Part shown: one piece after another, positions 31,531-45,520 of the stretch
Position numbering within the stretch: the first letter of the stretch is position 1
Layout of the letters: each line of letters opens with the position of its first letter
NCBI RefSeq assembly: GCF_009914755.1
Contig: NC_060941.1
Direction: 5' to 3' (one strand)
Source: the human T2T-CHM13v2.0 reference genome, Homo sapiens
Length of the DNA stretch: 64,000 bases
Notes under the pieces: model-generated
Database searches by the model: none
The model's input: only the letters and a program-made list of their open reading frames with translations
What the model was told of the DNA's origin: nothing
Program-made: the position numbers and the translations under genes

Positions 31531-31560
31531 CAGATAGATAGATGATAGATAGATAGATAG
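31531..31560. repeat. (GATA)n tetranucleotide
   Basis: agatagatagatgatagatagatagatag. Confidence 0.9.
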
Positions 31561-31719
31561 CCTTTAGACGAAGACTGGGGACTTGGGGTCTAAGTGGATG
31601 TTGGGGGCCTGGGAGGCTTGCCAAACCACTGAAAAAAAAATACAAAATTTTAAATATTTAAAGCTTTTTGTGCTTCTAGATTCAAAGCAAAAAAGAAGAC
31701 TATGATCAAATGTCTTCCT

Positions 31720-32260
31720 CCCACTCCTGTAAGTCTCCAACCCCTGGCCTACCAGCGATCTCCCTTAAGGCATTCACTATTTCCTGTGCATTTTTCCAGA
31801 GCCACATTACGCATAAAAAAGCAAATGCATCAATAAGTGTTTCCTTTAAAAAATAAATAAATAGAAGCTTGCTATATATATTGTTTTCATCTTAAAGTTT
31901 AGACATTTTATATTCTGTCTGGAGGGTTGATCCATATCAATGCATAGAGTTTCCTCGTTTGATGGCTGTATATTATTTCGTGGTATGGATTTATGATACT
32001 GCATTTTACCAGTGACTGACTGATGAACATTGACATAGCATGCAATCTTCTGCTATTACAGCCAAAGCTGTAACGACTAATCCTATATTTAGGTTATTCC
32101 GTAAGTCTGAGAATATGTTTCTATGTGAGACAAATTCTGAGAAGTGGACTTTCTGGACAAAGGATATATGTGTTTGTGATTTTGATAGATTTTTGTCAAA
32201 TTGCCTACTATGGAAGTTGTATCAATTTACACACTCTGGCAATTTATGAGAGAGCCCTAT
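31720..32260 (-). mobile_element. L1ME-like fragment
   Basis: gatggctgtatattatt, tgattttgatagat..caaattgcc..gttgtatcaatttacac. Confidence 0.6.
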
Positions 32261-32551
32261 AACCATGTTTTAATGGGCACTTGAGACCTTGTAGGCGGCC
32301 AGAAGGGGACTGTTAAAGTTCTGAATGCTGCAGTGACCATAGTTTTGAAATAAAAAAAATGAGGACCCAGGGAGGTACACTTATGGGGAAAACAGGACAG
32401 AATATTTATACTGGAGAGTGCTGTGAATTTTCTGGAACCTGTGGTCACATTGACAGGCTCAGACACCCATGGAAATGCATGCAGAGACCTGTAATGTACT
32501 GAGTGGGTGTCTGCTGCCTCAAGTCCATTTTGGCAGGAGTCGTACTAAGAC

Positions 32552-32844
<293 letters not shown>

Positions 32845-32989
32845 ATACCAAGACATTAACATAATAAGACATAAGACTTAGACATACTAAGACATTTAAA
32901 GGCTGGGTTCTGTGATCCTCACAGCCTCAGGCCAAGGCACTCTTCGGCCACCAGACCACTTGATTCTTATTTTATTTTATTTTGAAAGA

Positions 32990-33450
32990 AGGTGGGGAGA
33001 TCACATATTAGGGAGTGATTTCTGTATAATCGATGAGCTCAGCAGTGGCACGGGTCCAGTTTCGTCATTAAGGCCGTGTGTACATGATGTGAAAACAACC
33101 TGTGAATTCCATCCGTTCAAATCGTTGCTAGTGTTGTGGGGGGCAGGAGGAGATCAGTTAAATGGATTGTTAGATTTAATTGACTGGCTGCTCGAATTGA
33201 TGAGACCGTTCCATTAAAATGGTCGATCCAATTAGGTCATGTAGGATGATTGAAAATACAGGATCAATTGCTTTGGTTTCGTGTTTTCATTCAGTGCAGG
33301 CTTAGCTGTGGAAGTGCCCAGCAACGTCTTCATGCCTCATGTCTCATTTTAGCACCTGGGTGGCCGAAGCGTGACTTGGACTTCCAATGTGTGCCATTTA
33401 ACCCTGGGCAAAGCCCAGGCAAAGCAAACAGTACACTTCAATGGCAATAG
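32990..33450. promoter_or_regulatory. Candidate enhancer-like unique block
   Basis: No recognised repeat; CpG retained; multiple TAAT/ATTA, atcgat and aggtca motifs. Confidence 0.35.
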
Positions 33451-34800
33451 CAATGAGGATAGTTTACTCTTGTTTTTATTGCATTTTGGATCACAGAGGG
33501 ATGGGAACAGCATAATCTTTTTAAGAGGTTCGGCTCTCTAAAGGTCTTAATCCAGTCCTGGAAAGACAGTGGTATGCGTGTTTGTTGTCGTTATTTTATA
33601 GGCCCATCCCTCCTAAACACATTACCAAAGAAACTCTTGGTTAATTTCTTTAAAATTTGGTCACGATCCACCACCAGGTGTAAGATAGAGCCATGTGGTT
33701 AAATAGCAAGCATTGCATGATGGTCTGAGATACAGACCAGAGCTGGTTTTTTCAGTGAAAAGCTGCAAATGCAAATAGAACTCTTTATCAAAACTGCTAA
33801 TCTCAGCAATGTTAAATAACACATTGTATACTATAGTAATGCTTTTTTGTTATGAAAGAAAATACCCGCACCAAATTTGGAAAATAAATAAAAGAAAAGA
33901 AAAATCCCCAGAGCCTCTCCAGCCAAATAATGTTATTATCCACTTTAAATTTTCTTTGGGAAGGGGTGGGAAAAACAAATCAAATTAAATCTATATTTTG
34001 GGCTTATTTATTTCCTGTAAGATAAGATAATTGAGAGTAAGCTATCAAAAAAGCGTGTAGGTACAATTTGGTCCCTTTGTAATCCTAACTATGGGCACAA
34101 ATTTTATTAGAGTCTTCTTTAATTTGGGGAGAAAGCTTTTCCACAGCTCTAAATCTCTAAATCGAAATTATTAAAGTACCTGGGCCTTCACTTTCTCTCC
34201 TAGGAATAAGAGTTTACCTGATGATGCTTTTTGCAGGCGAGACGGAAAAACCTAGTTTTCCTTGGTAATGTTTCATATTAACTCTGAGCTGACTTCAAGA
34301 AATCCCGAAACATGCCAGCATTCAATTTCATCCCACGGCCTTTGTGGTGGCAACTGCCAATCAGAAGCTGCCCTGTCTTTGGGAATAGGGTCAAATGAGT
34401 TGATTCTCTGTTGGCTTTCTGCTGCTATTTTTTATGAACTGAATTCCAAGTGAAATCATTCTCTGAACAAGTGGTCATTTTAAAAGCCTGCTCCCAACCC
34501 TGTGCCTGAAATTCACACATCTCAGTGAAGGCCAAAAAAATGCTTTCTGAAAGAACCAGGCTCTCTTTCGATAGAAATAATTTTAAAAACCTTTTTTTTA
34601 AAAAAAAAAAAGAAAGAAAGAAAAGAAAAACATAAACTCGACAAGATAAAGAAAAGGAGAAAGATACTGAACTGGTATCCACATAATTTCATTGACAGAC
34701 AATCTGAGGGAGAGGCAGGATGCCTATTTTATTGAGCATCTACTATGAGCCATGCACTTTTGCTCATTTCACCTTATATAATCAAGGCATGGGAAACTGA

Positions 34801-35745
<945 letters not shown>

Positions 35746-36039
35746 TTTTGCATTTAAGCCTTACTTTTTCAGTATATCTCTAGAGAGGCTGGCTCTATAT
35801 TATGAGCTGGAAGTAACAGCATCAATAACAGGAAAGAAAACTGGATGTTAGTAACAAAGGGTTTTAATTTTGTGTTTTAAACTGGAGACACACGTTAAGG
35901 GAAAAAATCCAAGTAAAAGCAAGGGATCTCATTTTTCCCTCTTTTTCTCTTTTCCTTCTTATTCCTCTCTGACTTCTCTGCCTCTCCCCCTCCCCCAACG
36001 CATTACAGCCATCCCCTTCTCTCCTCTCAAGTATGTGAC

Positions 36040-36470
36040 GAGTGACTGGCCTCCCATGTTTATAAGGCTGCTCTGCAATGCGATTGCTCCTCCAGGACTT
36101 TATTAATGCCATTTACGATTCCCGTAATAACTAAACCACACTGTTCTCCAAACACCAGGCCTTGGAGAAGTCATTACCCTGGTGATCACAACAAAACTTA
36201 ATTCTAACAGGCTGCCTGCTGGTGCAATCCGCTGTGAGTAACTCCCTGTGTTCTGGCAGTAAAAACAAATTAAATTAAAGATCCCTGTTCACCAAAGGCC
36301 TAATTCTAATTTTTGCAAAGTTTCCATTAAACAACATTGTCTACAGAAAGTGCTCACTAACATGTTCCCCCTGGGAATGACAGGGAAAGGAAATTCCAAT
36401 AGGAGAATTATTAAATTTTCTCATTAATTTTGTTACACCCTCTTAGCATTTATTAATAATATTAGAATGA
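36040..36470. promoter_or_regulatory. Candidate homeodomain-type enhancer block
   Basis: tttatta, tttacga, cgtaataa, gtcatta, repeated taatt, ttaaagat (TCF-like), acattgt (SOX-like). Confidence 0.35.
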
Positions 36471-37074
36471 TCCAAAGATCTGTCCTCTTTGAATTCTGTA
36501 AAGAATTTATGGAAATTAGTCTTCATCAGGGAGATGTGAATTGCTGAAAATCAGAGATGAACAAAACAATAGATTAAAAGGAGGTTGCTTTGGTAATAAA
36601 TATGGTAATGTAGAGTTCCTTCCTTTCTTAATAGCATGGAAACATTTCAGGGAACATGTTAATATTGTTTTCCCTTGCAAGAATCTCAGTTCAAGTATTT
36701 TTTTCTTTTTCTCTTTTTTTTTCTCAGTTTCAAGTATTTTAAAAATATTTAATGACAGTGATTTTCACCTTGCCTTTGACTAGCAGTCCTTGGAAAAACT
36801 GCATGTTGTCTGGGAATAGCAAGCCAGGTTTCTCTACATGTGGGGGTGTGGATAAAGTGGTACTTCTGGAAAGCGGTGTGTGAGTGGGCTTTCCACACAA
36901 ATCGGCTGGTTGGTTTATTGTTATCGCACAACTACGGTGAGGTGTTTGATTTCTTCCATTTCACTTTATTTGACATGGATTCCAGGGTTCTCTGACAGTA
37001 TTTCCCAAGTGCCCGTGGGCTATCCCATGCCCCGTGCTTAAAACATGAGGGTAGAGAAATTGACAGAACAAGTG

Positions 37075-37340
37075 ACCAAAATTTATTGAGGATCTATCAA
37101 GTTGCAGGTACCATATTCTAGATGCTTCTATAGATCTTTAAAAAAAATTAATTCTCACAGCAGAACCTTCAGGATAGGTATTTTTATCCAACATTAATGG
37201 ATAAGAAAACTTACCCAACGTCACATAGTTTGTAAGTGGCAGAACGATAATTCATTCTTTCATCAATTTAACAAACTAATTTTTGAGTAACAATTTTGCT
37301 CTTGGCACAATGCTAGCCTCTATGGTTAAACAACAGATTC
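37075..37340 (-). mobile_element. MIR followed by an L2 end
   Basis: atttattgag..gataggtatt..ttacccaacgtcacatag..gtaagtggcaga. Confidence 0.65.
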
Positions 37341-37349
37341 TCTGAAAGG

Positions 37350-39822
37350 ATAGGCACGAAAAAGCCAGACTGTGACAATTGAAATAAATATCTAAATCTT
37401 CAATGTCTGTGCATTATCACATGCCCATAAGCCTCAGGAACATTTGGGGAACCCATGACCTCACCAAATGAACCCAATAAGACACCCTAAAGTAGCATGG
37501 TCTCTCAGAGAATTCAAAATAGCTGCTTTAAGGAAACTCAATGAACTTCAATATAATATAGAGAAACAATTCAGTAATTTATCAGAGAAACTTAACAGAC
37601 TGAAATAATAATAAAAAATCAAACAGAAATCTTAAAGCTGAAAAATACAATGAACCAAATGAACAATGCAATAGAGGGCATCAACAGCAGAATTAATAAA
37701 GCAAAGGAAAGAACTGGTTAAGAAGCAAAGGAAAGAAGATGGTTAGAGTTAATAATAATATGTTACATATTTCAAAATAGTGGGCTTGAAGACAGGCTAT
37801 TTGGAAATACATGGTCAGAGGAGAAAAAAAATGAAAAGGAATGAAGAAAGCCTGTAGGAACTATGGGGCAGCATCAAAAGAGCAAATATTCAGGTTATTG
37901 AGATTCAGTAGGGACTTGAGAATGCCAAAGGGGTAATAAAAGAAAATTTCCCAAACCTAGATAAAGATACAGCTATCCAAATACTGGAAAGTAAAAGGTC
38001 ACCAATCAGATTCAACCCAAATAAGTGCACTCCAAGACATATTATAATTAAGGACTCAGATGTAAAAGACAAAGAAAGGATGCTGAAAGCAGTGGGAGAA
38101 AAGAAGCAAATAACACATAAGGGAGTTACAACTCACCTGGCAGTAGACTTCTCAGTGGAAACCTTACAGGCCAGGAGGGAGCCTGATGATATATTCAGAG
38201 TGCTGAAGAAACAAACACTGGCCAATCAAGAATACTGTACCCAGAAAAGCTGTACTTCATAAACAAGGGAGAGATAAAGACTTTCCCAGACAAACAAACA
38301 AACAAACAAAAAAACCACAACAGCACAGTACCGGTATAAAAGCAGACACAGAGACCAATGAAACAAACTAGAAAGCCCAGAAATAAACCCACACATCTAT
38401 AGCAAACTGATTTTTGACACAGATGTTAAGTATACACAATAGGGAAGGGACAGCTTCTTCAAAAGAAATGGTGCTGGGAAAACTGGATAGCCACATACAG
38501 AAGAATGAAACTATACCTTTATCTCCCACTAGATACAAAAATTAACTCAAAATGTATTAAAGACTTAAATTTAAAACCTGCAATTACAAAACTGCTAAGG
38601 GAAAACATAGAGGAAAAGCTCAATGACATTGGTCTAGATGAAGATTATTTGGATAAAACCTCAAAAGCATTGGCAATAAAAGTAAATATAGACAAATGGG
38701 ACTATGTCAAACAAAAAAGCTTCTGCACAGGAAAGAAAATAATCAAAGCAAAGAAATAACTTACAGAATGAGAGAATATACTTGTGAACTATATATCTGC
38801 TAAAGGATTAATAATCAAAATAGATAAGGTACTGAAGCAACTCAACAACAAAAAAACTCAAAAAATGGTCAAAAAAACTCAAAAAATGGGCAAAAAAATA
38901 GACATTTCTTAAAGGAAGACATACAGATGACCAAGAGATGTGCAAATTCTAACTGCAAAGAGATATCACCTTGCTCCAATCAGAATGGCTACTATAAAAA
39001 AACAGAAACCAAAAAACACATACTGGAGAGAATACGAGAAAAGGGAACCCTTATACGCTGTGGGTAGAAATGTAAGTTAGTACAGCCATTATGGAAAAGA
39101 GGAAAAATTGAAAACAGAACTACCATATGATCCAGAAATCCCATTACTAGGTAGTGGGATTTCATATGCAAAGGAAGTGAAGTCAGTATGTTGAAGAGAT
39201 ACCTGTGTTCATATGTTTATTGCAGCACTATTCACTTTAGCCAAGACAGGGAACCAACCTAAATGTCCATCAACAGATGAATGGATAAAGAAAATGTGGT
39301 ATATATACACAGTGAAATACTATTTGACCATAGAAAACAATAAAATCCTGTCATTTGTGGCAACATGGATGAACCTGGAGGAAATTATGTTAAGTAAAAT
39401 AAGCCAGGCACAGAAACACAAATGCTGCATGACCTCACTTATATGTGGAAACTAAACAGTTGTTCTCATAAAAGTAGAAAGTAGAATAGTGGTTGTCAGA
39501 GAATGGGGATAGGATGGAGGAGAGAGGGATAGTAAGGGATGGGTCAATGAGTACAAAGCTACATTTAGATAAGAGAAACAAGTTCTAGTATCCTATTACA
39601 TAGTAGGATGGTTAGAGTTAGTAATAATGTGTTATGTATTTCAAAAAAGCTAGAAGAGATGTTTTTGAATGTTCTCATCATGAAGAAATAATACATGTTT
39701 AAGGTGATAGATATGCTAATTATCCTTATTTGATTATGACACATTTATGTAAACATTGCATTGCACCCCATACGTATGCACAATTATTATGTGTTAATTA
39801 TAAATAAAAATATACAAAAAGA
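37350..39822 (+). mobile_element. L1MA-like LINE: 5' region and ORF1 joined directly to ORF2 C-terminus and 3' UTR (EN/RT deleted)
   Basis: ORF1p-like LKAVGEKKQITHKG..DFSVETLQARRE; ORF2p C-terminal MFIAALFTLAKTGNQPKCPSTDEWIKKMWYIYT; aataaa and A tail near 39803-39820. Confidence 0.93.
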
Positions 39823-40286
39823 AGTGGTCCCAAGTAAAAGTTGTAGAGAACTAAAGAGATGAGAGCTGGAAAAGAAGGACAAAGAAACAGAGCGATATCA
39901 GTCAAAGTCCCGTGAAGGGTAATGTTGGCTTTGTTCTCACAGGAGACAGGGCAGGTCACACCTGAAAGTCATCCCTAGCTGGGGCAAGGAGCTATAGTGT
40001 TTGTTTAGCTGTATACACCAGTCATTAGTCAAAGGCTTAACCCAGAAACATGTAAACCCCAGGCACTTTCAGCTATCAGGGCTTCTAGGCAAAGCTGACA
40101 ATAAAAATTCAAGTGCTGCATATTGGGAGTGAAAGTGCACAGGGAGCTGCTGTGAACAAGAGGGAAAAAGGGCATGAAGGAGCATTAACAACATTCACTA
40201 CAGTGTGAAAATGACACTTGTACACTCTGTCATTGAATCACTTATTGAGATGCTTTATTATTACTTTCCTTAAAAAGGTGGGTTAA

Positions 40287-40592
<306 letters not shown>

Positions 40593-40689
40593 TCTTATGG
40601 TTTTTTAAAACAAAATTTTTTCATGTGTATTAGGCTTTTATCTTCAAATTTTAGTGATCATTTTGCTTTTTCTTTTTGCTGTTTGTATA

Positions 40690-40898
40690 CAGAGGTGGTT
40701 TTCAACATGTTGTCCCTGGACCAGAAGAACAAGTATCACGGGTGGGTGAATGGGTGAGGATACTTGTTAGAAATACACCTTCTTAGGATTCATTTAAAAC
40801 CTATTCAATCAGAAACTCTGGGAGTGGGACTCCGAAGTCCAGATTTTAGCAAGATCTTAAGGTGATCTTGATATTGCTCAAAGCTTGGGAATCACAGC
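40690..40898 (+). mobile_element. MER5A-like hAT MITE
   Basis: gtggttttcaa..ccctggaccag..acttgttagaaat..aatcagaaactctggg..caaagcttgggaatcac. Confidence 0.8.
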
Positions 40899-40959
40899 TT
40901 TATGGACTGACTGAAGAAGTGTTACAGAAAAAGGAAAGAAAGGAAGGAAACTTTCTCCT

Positions 40960-41180
40960 ATTCAGCTCCTGCTTTATGCTAAATAGAGTCCTAAGTATTT
41001 GAGAGACATAACCTCATTTATGATTCCTCCTAATTCCCATGAAATGAATATTGTAAATGCCATTTCATGATAAATAAACCCAAGAGTCAGAAAAGTAAAT
41101 TTATTTGCCTAAGTTCATAAAGCTAGAGGCAAGGTCAGGATTTGAATCTAGGCTTGACTTTGAGGCCATGTATTCTAGTG
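40960..41180 (-). mobile_element. MIR
   Basis: ctcattta..ttgcctaagttcataaagctag..ggatttgaatctagg. Confidence 0.7.
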
Positions 41181-41555
41181 TATTGGGCTGTGCTAGGAAA
41201 CTAGATGACAGTTAGTGACATTCGCAGTGACAAGTAGACACAAGTATAGGCCTATTACTATAGCATTGAGGAACATGTAGAATTGCTTGGGTTTCTGGCT
41301 GTGACATATAGCATGTTGAGTGCAGCATAGATCAATAAGTACCAGTGGAAAAGCTGGGGCAATCGCGATCAACATCACAATGCAAGTGTGACAAAAATCT
41401 CATGTTCTCAAATATTCTGGAGAAAGGTGAGTCTGAAAAGGAGTAGAGAAAAGTAGAAGTGGTTTTTGCTGTTATGGGAATAGTAGCTGTCCAACTACAG
41501 ATATTTGGTTTTGCAATAATAACAAAATGAGAATTGTGTAATTGTGTGCTAGGGA

Positions 41556-41868
41556 TAACGGTGGTAGTGGTGGTGGTGATGACAGTGATGGTGGTAGAGT
41601 TGGTGGTGATAGTGGGGGTGATGTGGTGGAGGTGGCTGTAATAGTAATAGTGGTGATGGTGGTATTAGTGATGGTGGTGGTAGTGGTGGTGATGGTGGAG
41701 TGATGTTGCTGACGATAGTAGTAATGATGTTGCAGGTGGTAGCGATGGTAGTAGTGAGTGTGATAGTTGTTGCAATGATGGAGGTGGTGGTGATGGTGGA
41801 GGTGATGATGGTGGTGGTGCTGGAAGCAGTAATGATGGAGGTGATGGTGATGATGTAGGTGGTGGTGA
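41556..41868. repeat. Degenerate (TGG/TGA/TAG)n trinucleotide tract
   Basis: About 310 bp, direct reading. Confidence 0.93.
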
Positions 41869-41969
41869 AACTGAGGCTTTGGAAAGAAGCGCAGTTTCCC
41901 AAACTTAAAAAGTAAAAGCTAAAATTGGGGTGATCTATGCATTCATTGATAATCAAGGTTAACCCCTAT

Positions 41970-42165
41970 GGAGTGCGGCTTCCTCTGTGCCAGAAACTAT
42001 GCTTAGCATTTTAGTTTATTCTCATAAGATCTCTGCTAGGCAGATGCCATTGCAAATAAAGGAATAGTAGATGTGGGTATTAACACTCATGGTCACAGGT
42101 CTATAAGCAGCAGAGCCAGGAATTCACCCAGAGCCCACATTTGACCACTGAACTATACTGTGTCT
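41970..42165 (-). mobile_element. MIR
   Basis: tgtgccag..ctatgcttagcattt..ggtcacag..cagagccagga. Confidence 0.65.
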
Positions 42166-42906
42166 CAGCATCTATTCAGTGCGGAGTTGCATCTTCAGAA
42201 TATATGCCCAGTTCTTTGCAAGATTTTATTATGAGTTGCTGCATTTTTCTGATTCTTCCCTAGAAAAATTGTTGTAGTTTCTGACATTATAAGCCCCTGG
42301 GAACTTTAGTTCCCAAATTTCAGTTGCTTCAAAGACTTGCATGTGTTTGCTATTCTTTACCTTTTCACATTTGGCACATGAAATTGCATTTATCCCGTCC
42401 AAATGCCATACTAATTGACTGATTGAAACAGGATTCTATTTCAGGCATGCTTTGTAATCGAGCACTCTCCTCTGGCTATAGCTTCAGGTCATCCATATAA
42501 AAGAAAAGACAAATCTTGAAGTCTTATCTCTTTCTGAGAGAGTAACCATAATTTGGCTTATTTTGCATCCAACTAGAGTGGGTTCAAAGCCAAGCTAAAT
42601 TACAAAGGGCTCCAGCTGTCACTCTAGAAGATGCCTTTTTGTACATTCGTCTGGAAAGGATTTGTTCCCATGGAGGTTTCTATACCTTACAGATATTAAA
42701 TGCTGCTTGGGATGGGTGGGCTGGGACTTGGAAATCCTTTCATCCCTTTAAGATTTATTTGGAATTGGGGTACCCTTTGATAGAGTTTGACCGTTACTGA
42801 CTTCTCCAAACACCTCTGGTTAACAGTCATAGTCCTGCCCAAGAAATGTGGATGCTGTGTCTTCTATGGGAGGTAGTTTAGGAGACAGGAAGGCATAACG
42901 GCTTAG

Positions 42907-43166
42907 CAGTGCTACCCAAAGTATAGCTTGCTGACTAATGCCGCTCTACAACTGTTTGTTACTGGTTCCCAAGGAGATAAGAAGCTTACACCAGAATGTA
43001 AACCAGCTCCAAAAAAGCACACTATTTAGCTCAGTTGATATTTTTTCATAGCAAGACTTTCTTAATGAAGGAAGCAGTGCATAGATTTACAATCTGGTGT
43101 AATCTCCTTATCATCTCACAGACCAGTATAAAAAAGTTTCAAGTCTAGCTACTTTATGCAAGGCTG
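42907..43166. mobile_element. MER5C1-like palindromic hAT MITE inserted in a MIR
   Basis: cagtgctacccaaagt start; inverted arms gataagaagcttacaccagaatgtaaa / tttacaatctggtgtaatctccttatc. Confidence 0.82.
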
Positions 43167-43260
43167 GTTTAGAGCATGATTCTGGAGCCAAACTGCCTGG
43201 GTTCAAATCCTACTTCTGCCACTTATTAATGGGGTGACTTGGGGTAAGTTATCTAACTTC

Positions 43261-43547
43261 TTTTTTTTTTTTTTTTGAGATGGAGTCTCACTCTGTCGCC
43301 AGGCTGGAGTGCAGTCAGCTCACTGCAACCTCCACCTCCCGGGTTCAAGAGATTCTCCTGCCTCAGACTCCTGAGTAGCTGGGACTACAGGTGAGTGCCA
43401 CCATGCTCAGCTAATTTTTTGTATTTTTAGCAGAGACGGGCTTTCACCATGTTGGCCAGGATGGTCTCAATCTCTTGACCTCGTGATCTGCCCGCCTCTG
43501 CCTCCCAAAGTGCTGGGATTACAGGCATGAACCACTGTACCTGGCCC
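43261..43547 (-). mobile_element. AluSc
   Basis: TSD tatctaactt. Confidence 0.95.
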
Positions 43548-43852
43548 TATCTAACTTTTTTGTGGCTCAGTTTCCTCATCTATTAATGGAGAATAATGCT
43601 AGTCCTTACTACTATTAAATGTGTATGTCGGGGTGTGTGTGTGTGTGTGTGTGCACACGAGCATGTGTATACAAACACATATATATGTAATATTACATAG
43701 TAAGCACTATGCAAGTGTTAATAATAATAATAGCACTAGCAATAACAATAATAATTTTGTAGATGAAACAATTAGTATAGTCCCACAGAGGCAGCTTAGC
43801 GGTGTGTTTCTCCTTTGAAGTGAGATGGTTGAAGAATAGTTAAGCTGGTTAG

Positions 43853-43935
43853 ATCAACTTTCTGTCTCTAGGAATTTACTCCAGGTACCTCCTATAAGTG
43901 GCATCATACAGTATTTATCCTTTTGTGATTGGCTA
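43853..43935 (-). mobile_element. Short L1MB fragment
   Basis: actttctgtctcta..aggtacctcctataagtggcatcatacagtattt. Confidence 0.75.
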
Positions 43936-44393
43936 GAGATAGAAGCTGGGGCTGAGTTTTCTAATTGATAAGGATCCAATCTATGAAGTTTTATTTGCTG
44001 ACTTTCTAAATTGCCACCTCTGCCCTCATCTATTTCTGAAAAAAGACAGTAGGATCCCAGCTTAGAAATGACCACGTCTGGGGAGGAAAAGTGGTTGTTG
44101 CGTGGTTGTTGCATGTTCCAACTGACTTGTTCAGCTGAGAGCAAGTGTCTGCATTGTGAGCTCTGCGAAGACTGGACTTGTCATGTAGCATGCACTCTAT
44201 AAATATTTGTTAAATGAATGACTACTACCATACCCAGAAATATAAAATCGTTCATGTTGTGGATGACTCAGGGTCTATAAATTAGCATGCTTTAAGGTAT
44301 AATAAAAGGAAAGTGATTTTACTAAGGTGTTACTCTATTATTAGTGACTCTCTTAGCACTGGCTCAACACTGCTTTGCCAAGATTACCTCTGG

Positions 44394-44394
<1 letters not shown>

Positions 44395-44426
<32 letters not shown>
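44395..44426. repeat. (TG)n microsatellite
   Basis: Direct reading. Confidence 0.95.
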
Positions 44427-44430
<4 letters not shown>

Positions 44431-44685
44431 AAGACCAGATGGAGACTAAGCCCCAAGCAACTCATCTTTTATGTGTTACAGTTGCATTCTCAATAATTGT
44501 GAATGAAACTTGAAGTGTATTTTACAACTTTTGCTTCAGGTCTTAGAATTAAATCTTTAAACCTTTCTCCATGCTACAGAATACTGTTGAACTATAATAT
44601 TGAAAGGTATTGCCTTCAGAACCACTGGGAGAATAATTCTAAAGACCCCTAAAACAGAGAATTCCAGGAATATTGTATTTAATAA

Positions 44686-44847
<162 letters not shown>

Positions 44848-44989
44848 TAATTTGTTTTTATTTCCTCTCTTTCCCCCAAGGGTAAAAATGAAGACTGGCA
44901 GAAAATATTGGACTAACCCAGACACAAAATCCAGATAGATAGCTTTGATTAAGGTGTCAGGCTCTATTTTGGGGAGCTGATTTTGGTTT

Positions 44990-45520
44990 TTTATTATTTT
45001 TAAAAATTATTTAAATCGTGGTAAAATACCCACATCATAAAATGTATCATCTCATTTTTAAGAGGGCAATTCAGTGGTGTTAAGTACATTTGCATTATTG
45101 TGCAACCACCCCACCATGCATCTCCAGAATTCTTTTTATCTTGTAAAACTGAAACTCTATACTTGTCAGACAACAACTCCCCACAATTCTGGAAGCCACC
45201 TTTCTACTTTCTGTCTTTATGAATTTAACTATTCTTGATACCTCATACAAATGGCATCATACACTATCTCTCCCTTTGTGATTGGCTTATTTTGCTCAGC
45301 ATAATGGCCTCCAAGTTTATCCATGTTGTATCATGTGTCCAAATTTTCTTCATTTTAAGGGTTGAATAATATTTCATTGTATGGATATACCACATTTTGT
45401 TTATCCATTCACTGTTAATGGATATCTGGGTTACTTCCACCTTTTGGCTATTGTGAAAAATCCTTCTAGGAACATGGTAATACAAATATCTCGTTGAATT
45501 CTGATTTTAGTTATTTTAAA
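44990..45520 (-). mobile_element. L1MB 3' fragment
   Basis: Minus-strand ORF ..INSEWINKMWYIHTMKYYS..TWINLEAIMLSKISQ plus 3' UTR motifs. Confidence 0.9.

Larger units (their letters stand above)
42890..43722 (+). mobile_element. MIR split by MER5C1, an Alu and a (TG)n tract
   Basis: gcctgggttcaaatcc..ccacttatta..gtaagttatctaac | ctcagtttcctcatct..| tagtaagcact. Confidence 0.8.

Noticed and set aside
41549-41956. 135-aa Thr/Pro/His-rich ORF
   Set aside because: Translation of a degenerate trinucleotide tract.
42960-43125. Long imperfect inverted repeat resembling a pre-miRNA hairpin
   Set aside because: Explained by the palindromic arms of the MER5C1-like MITE.
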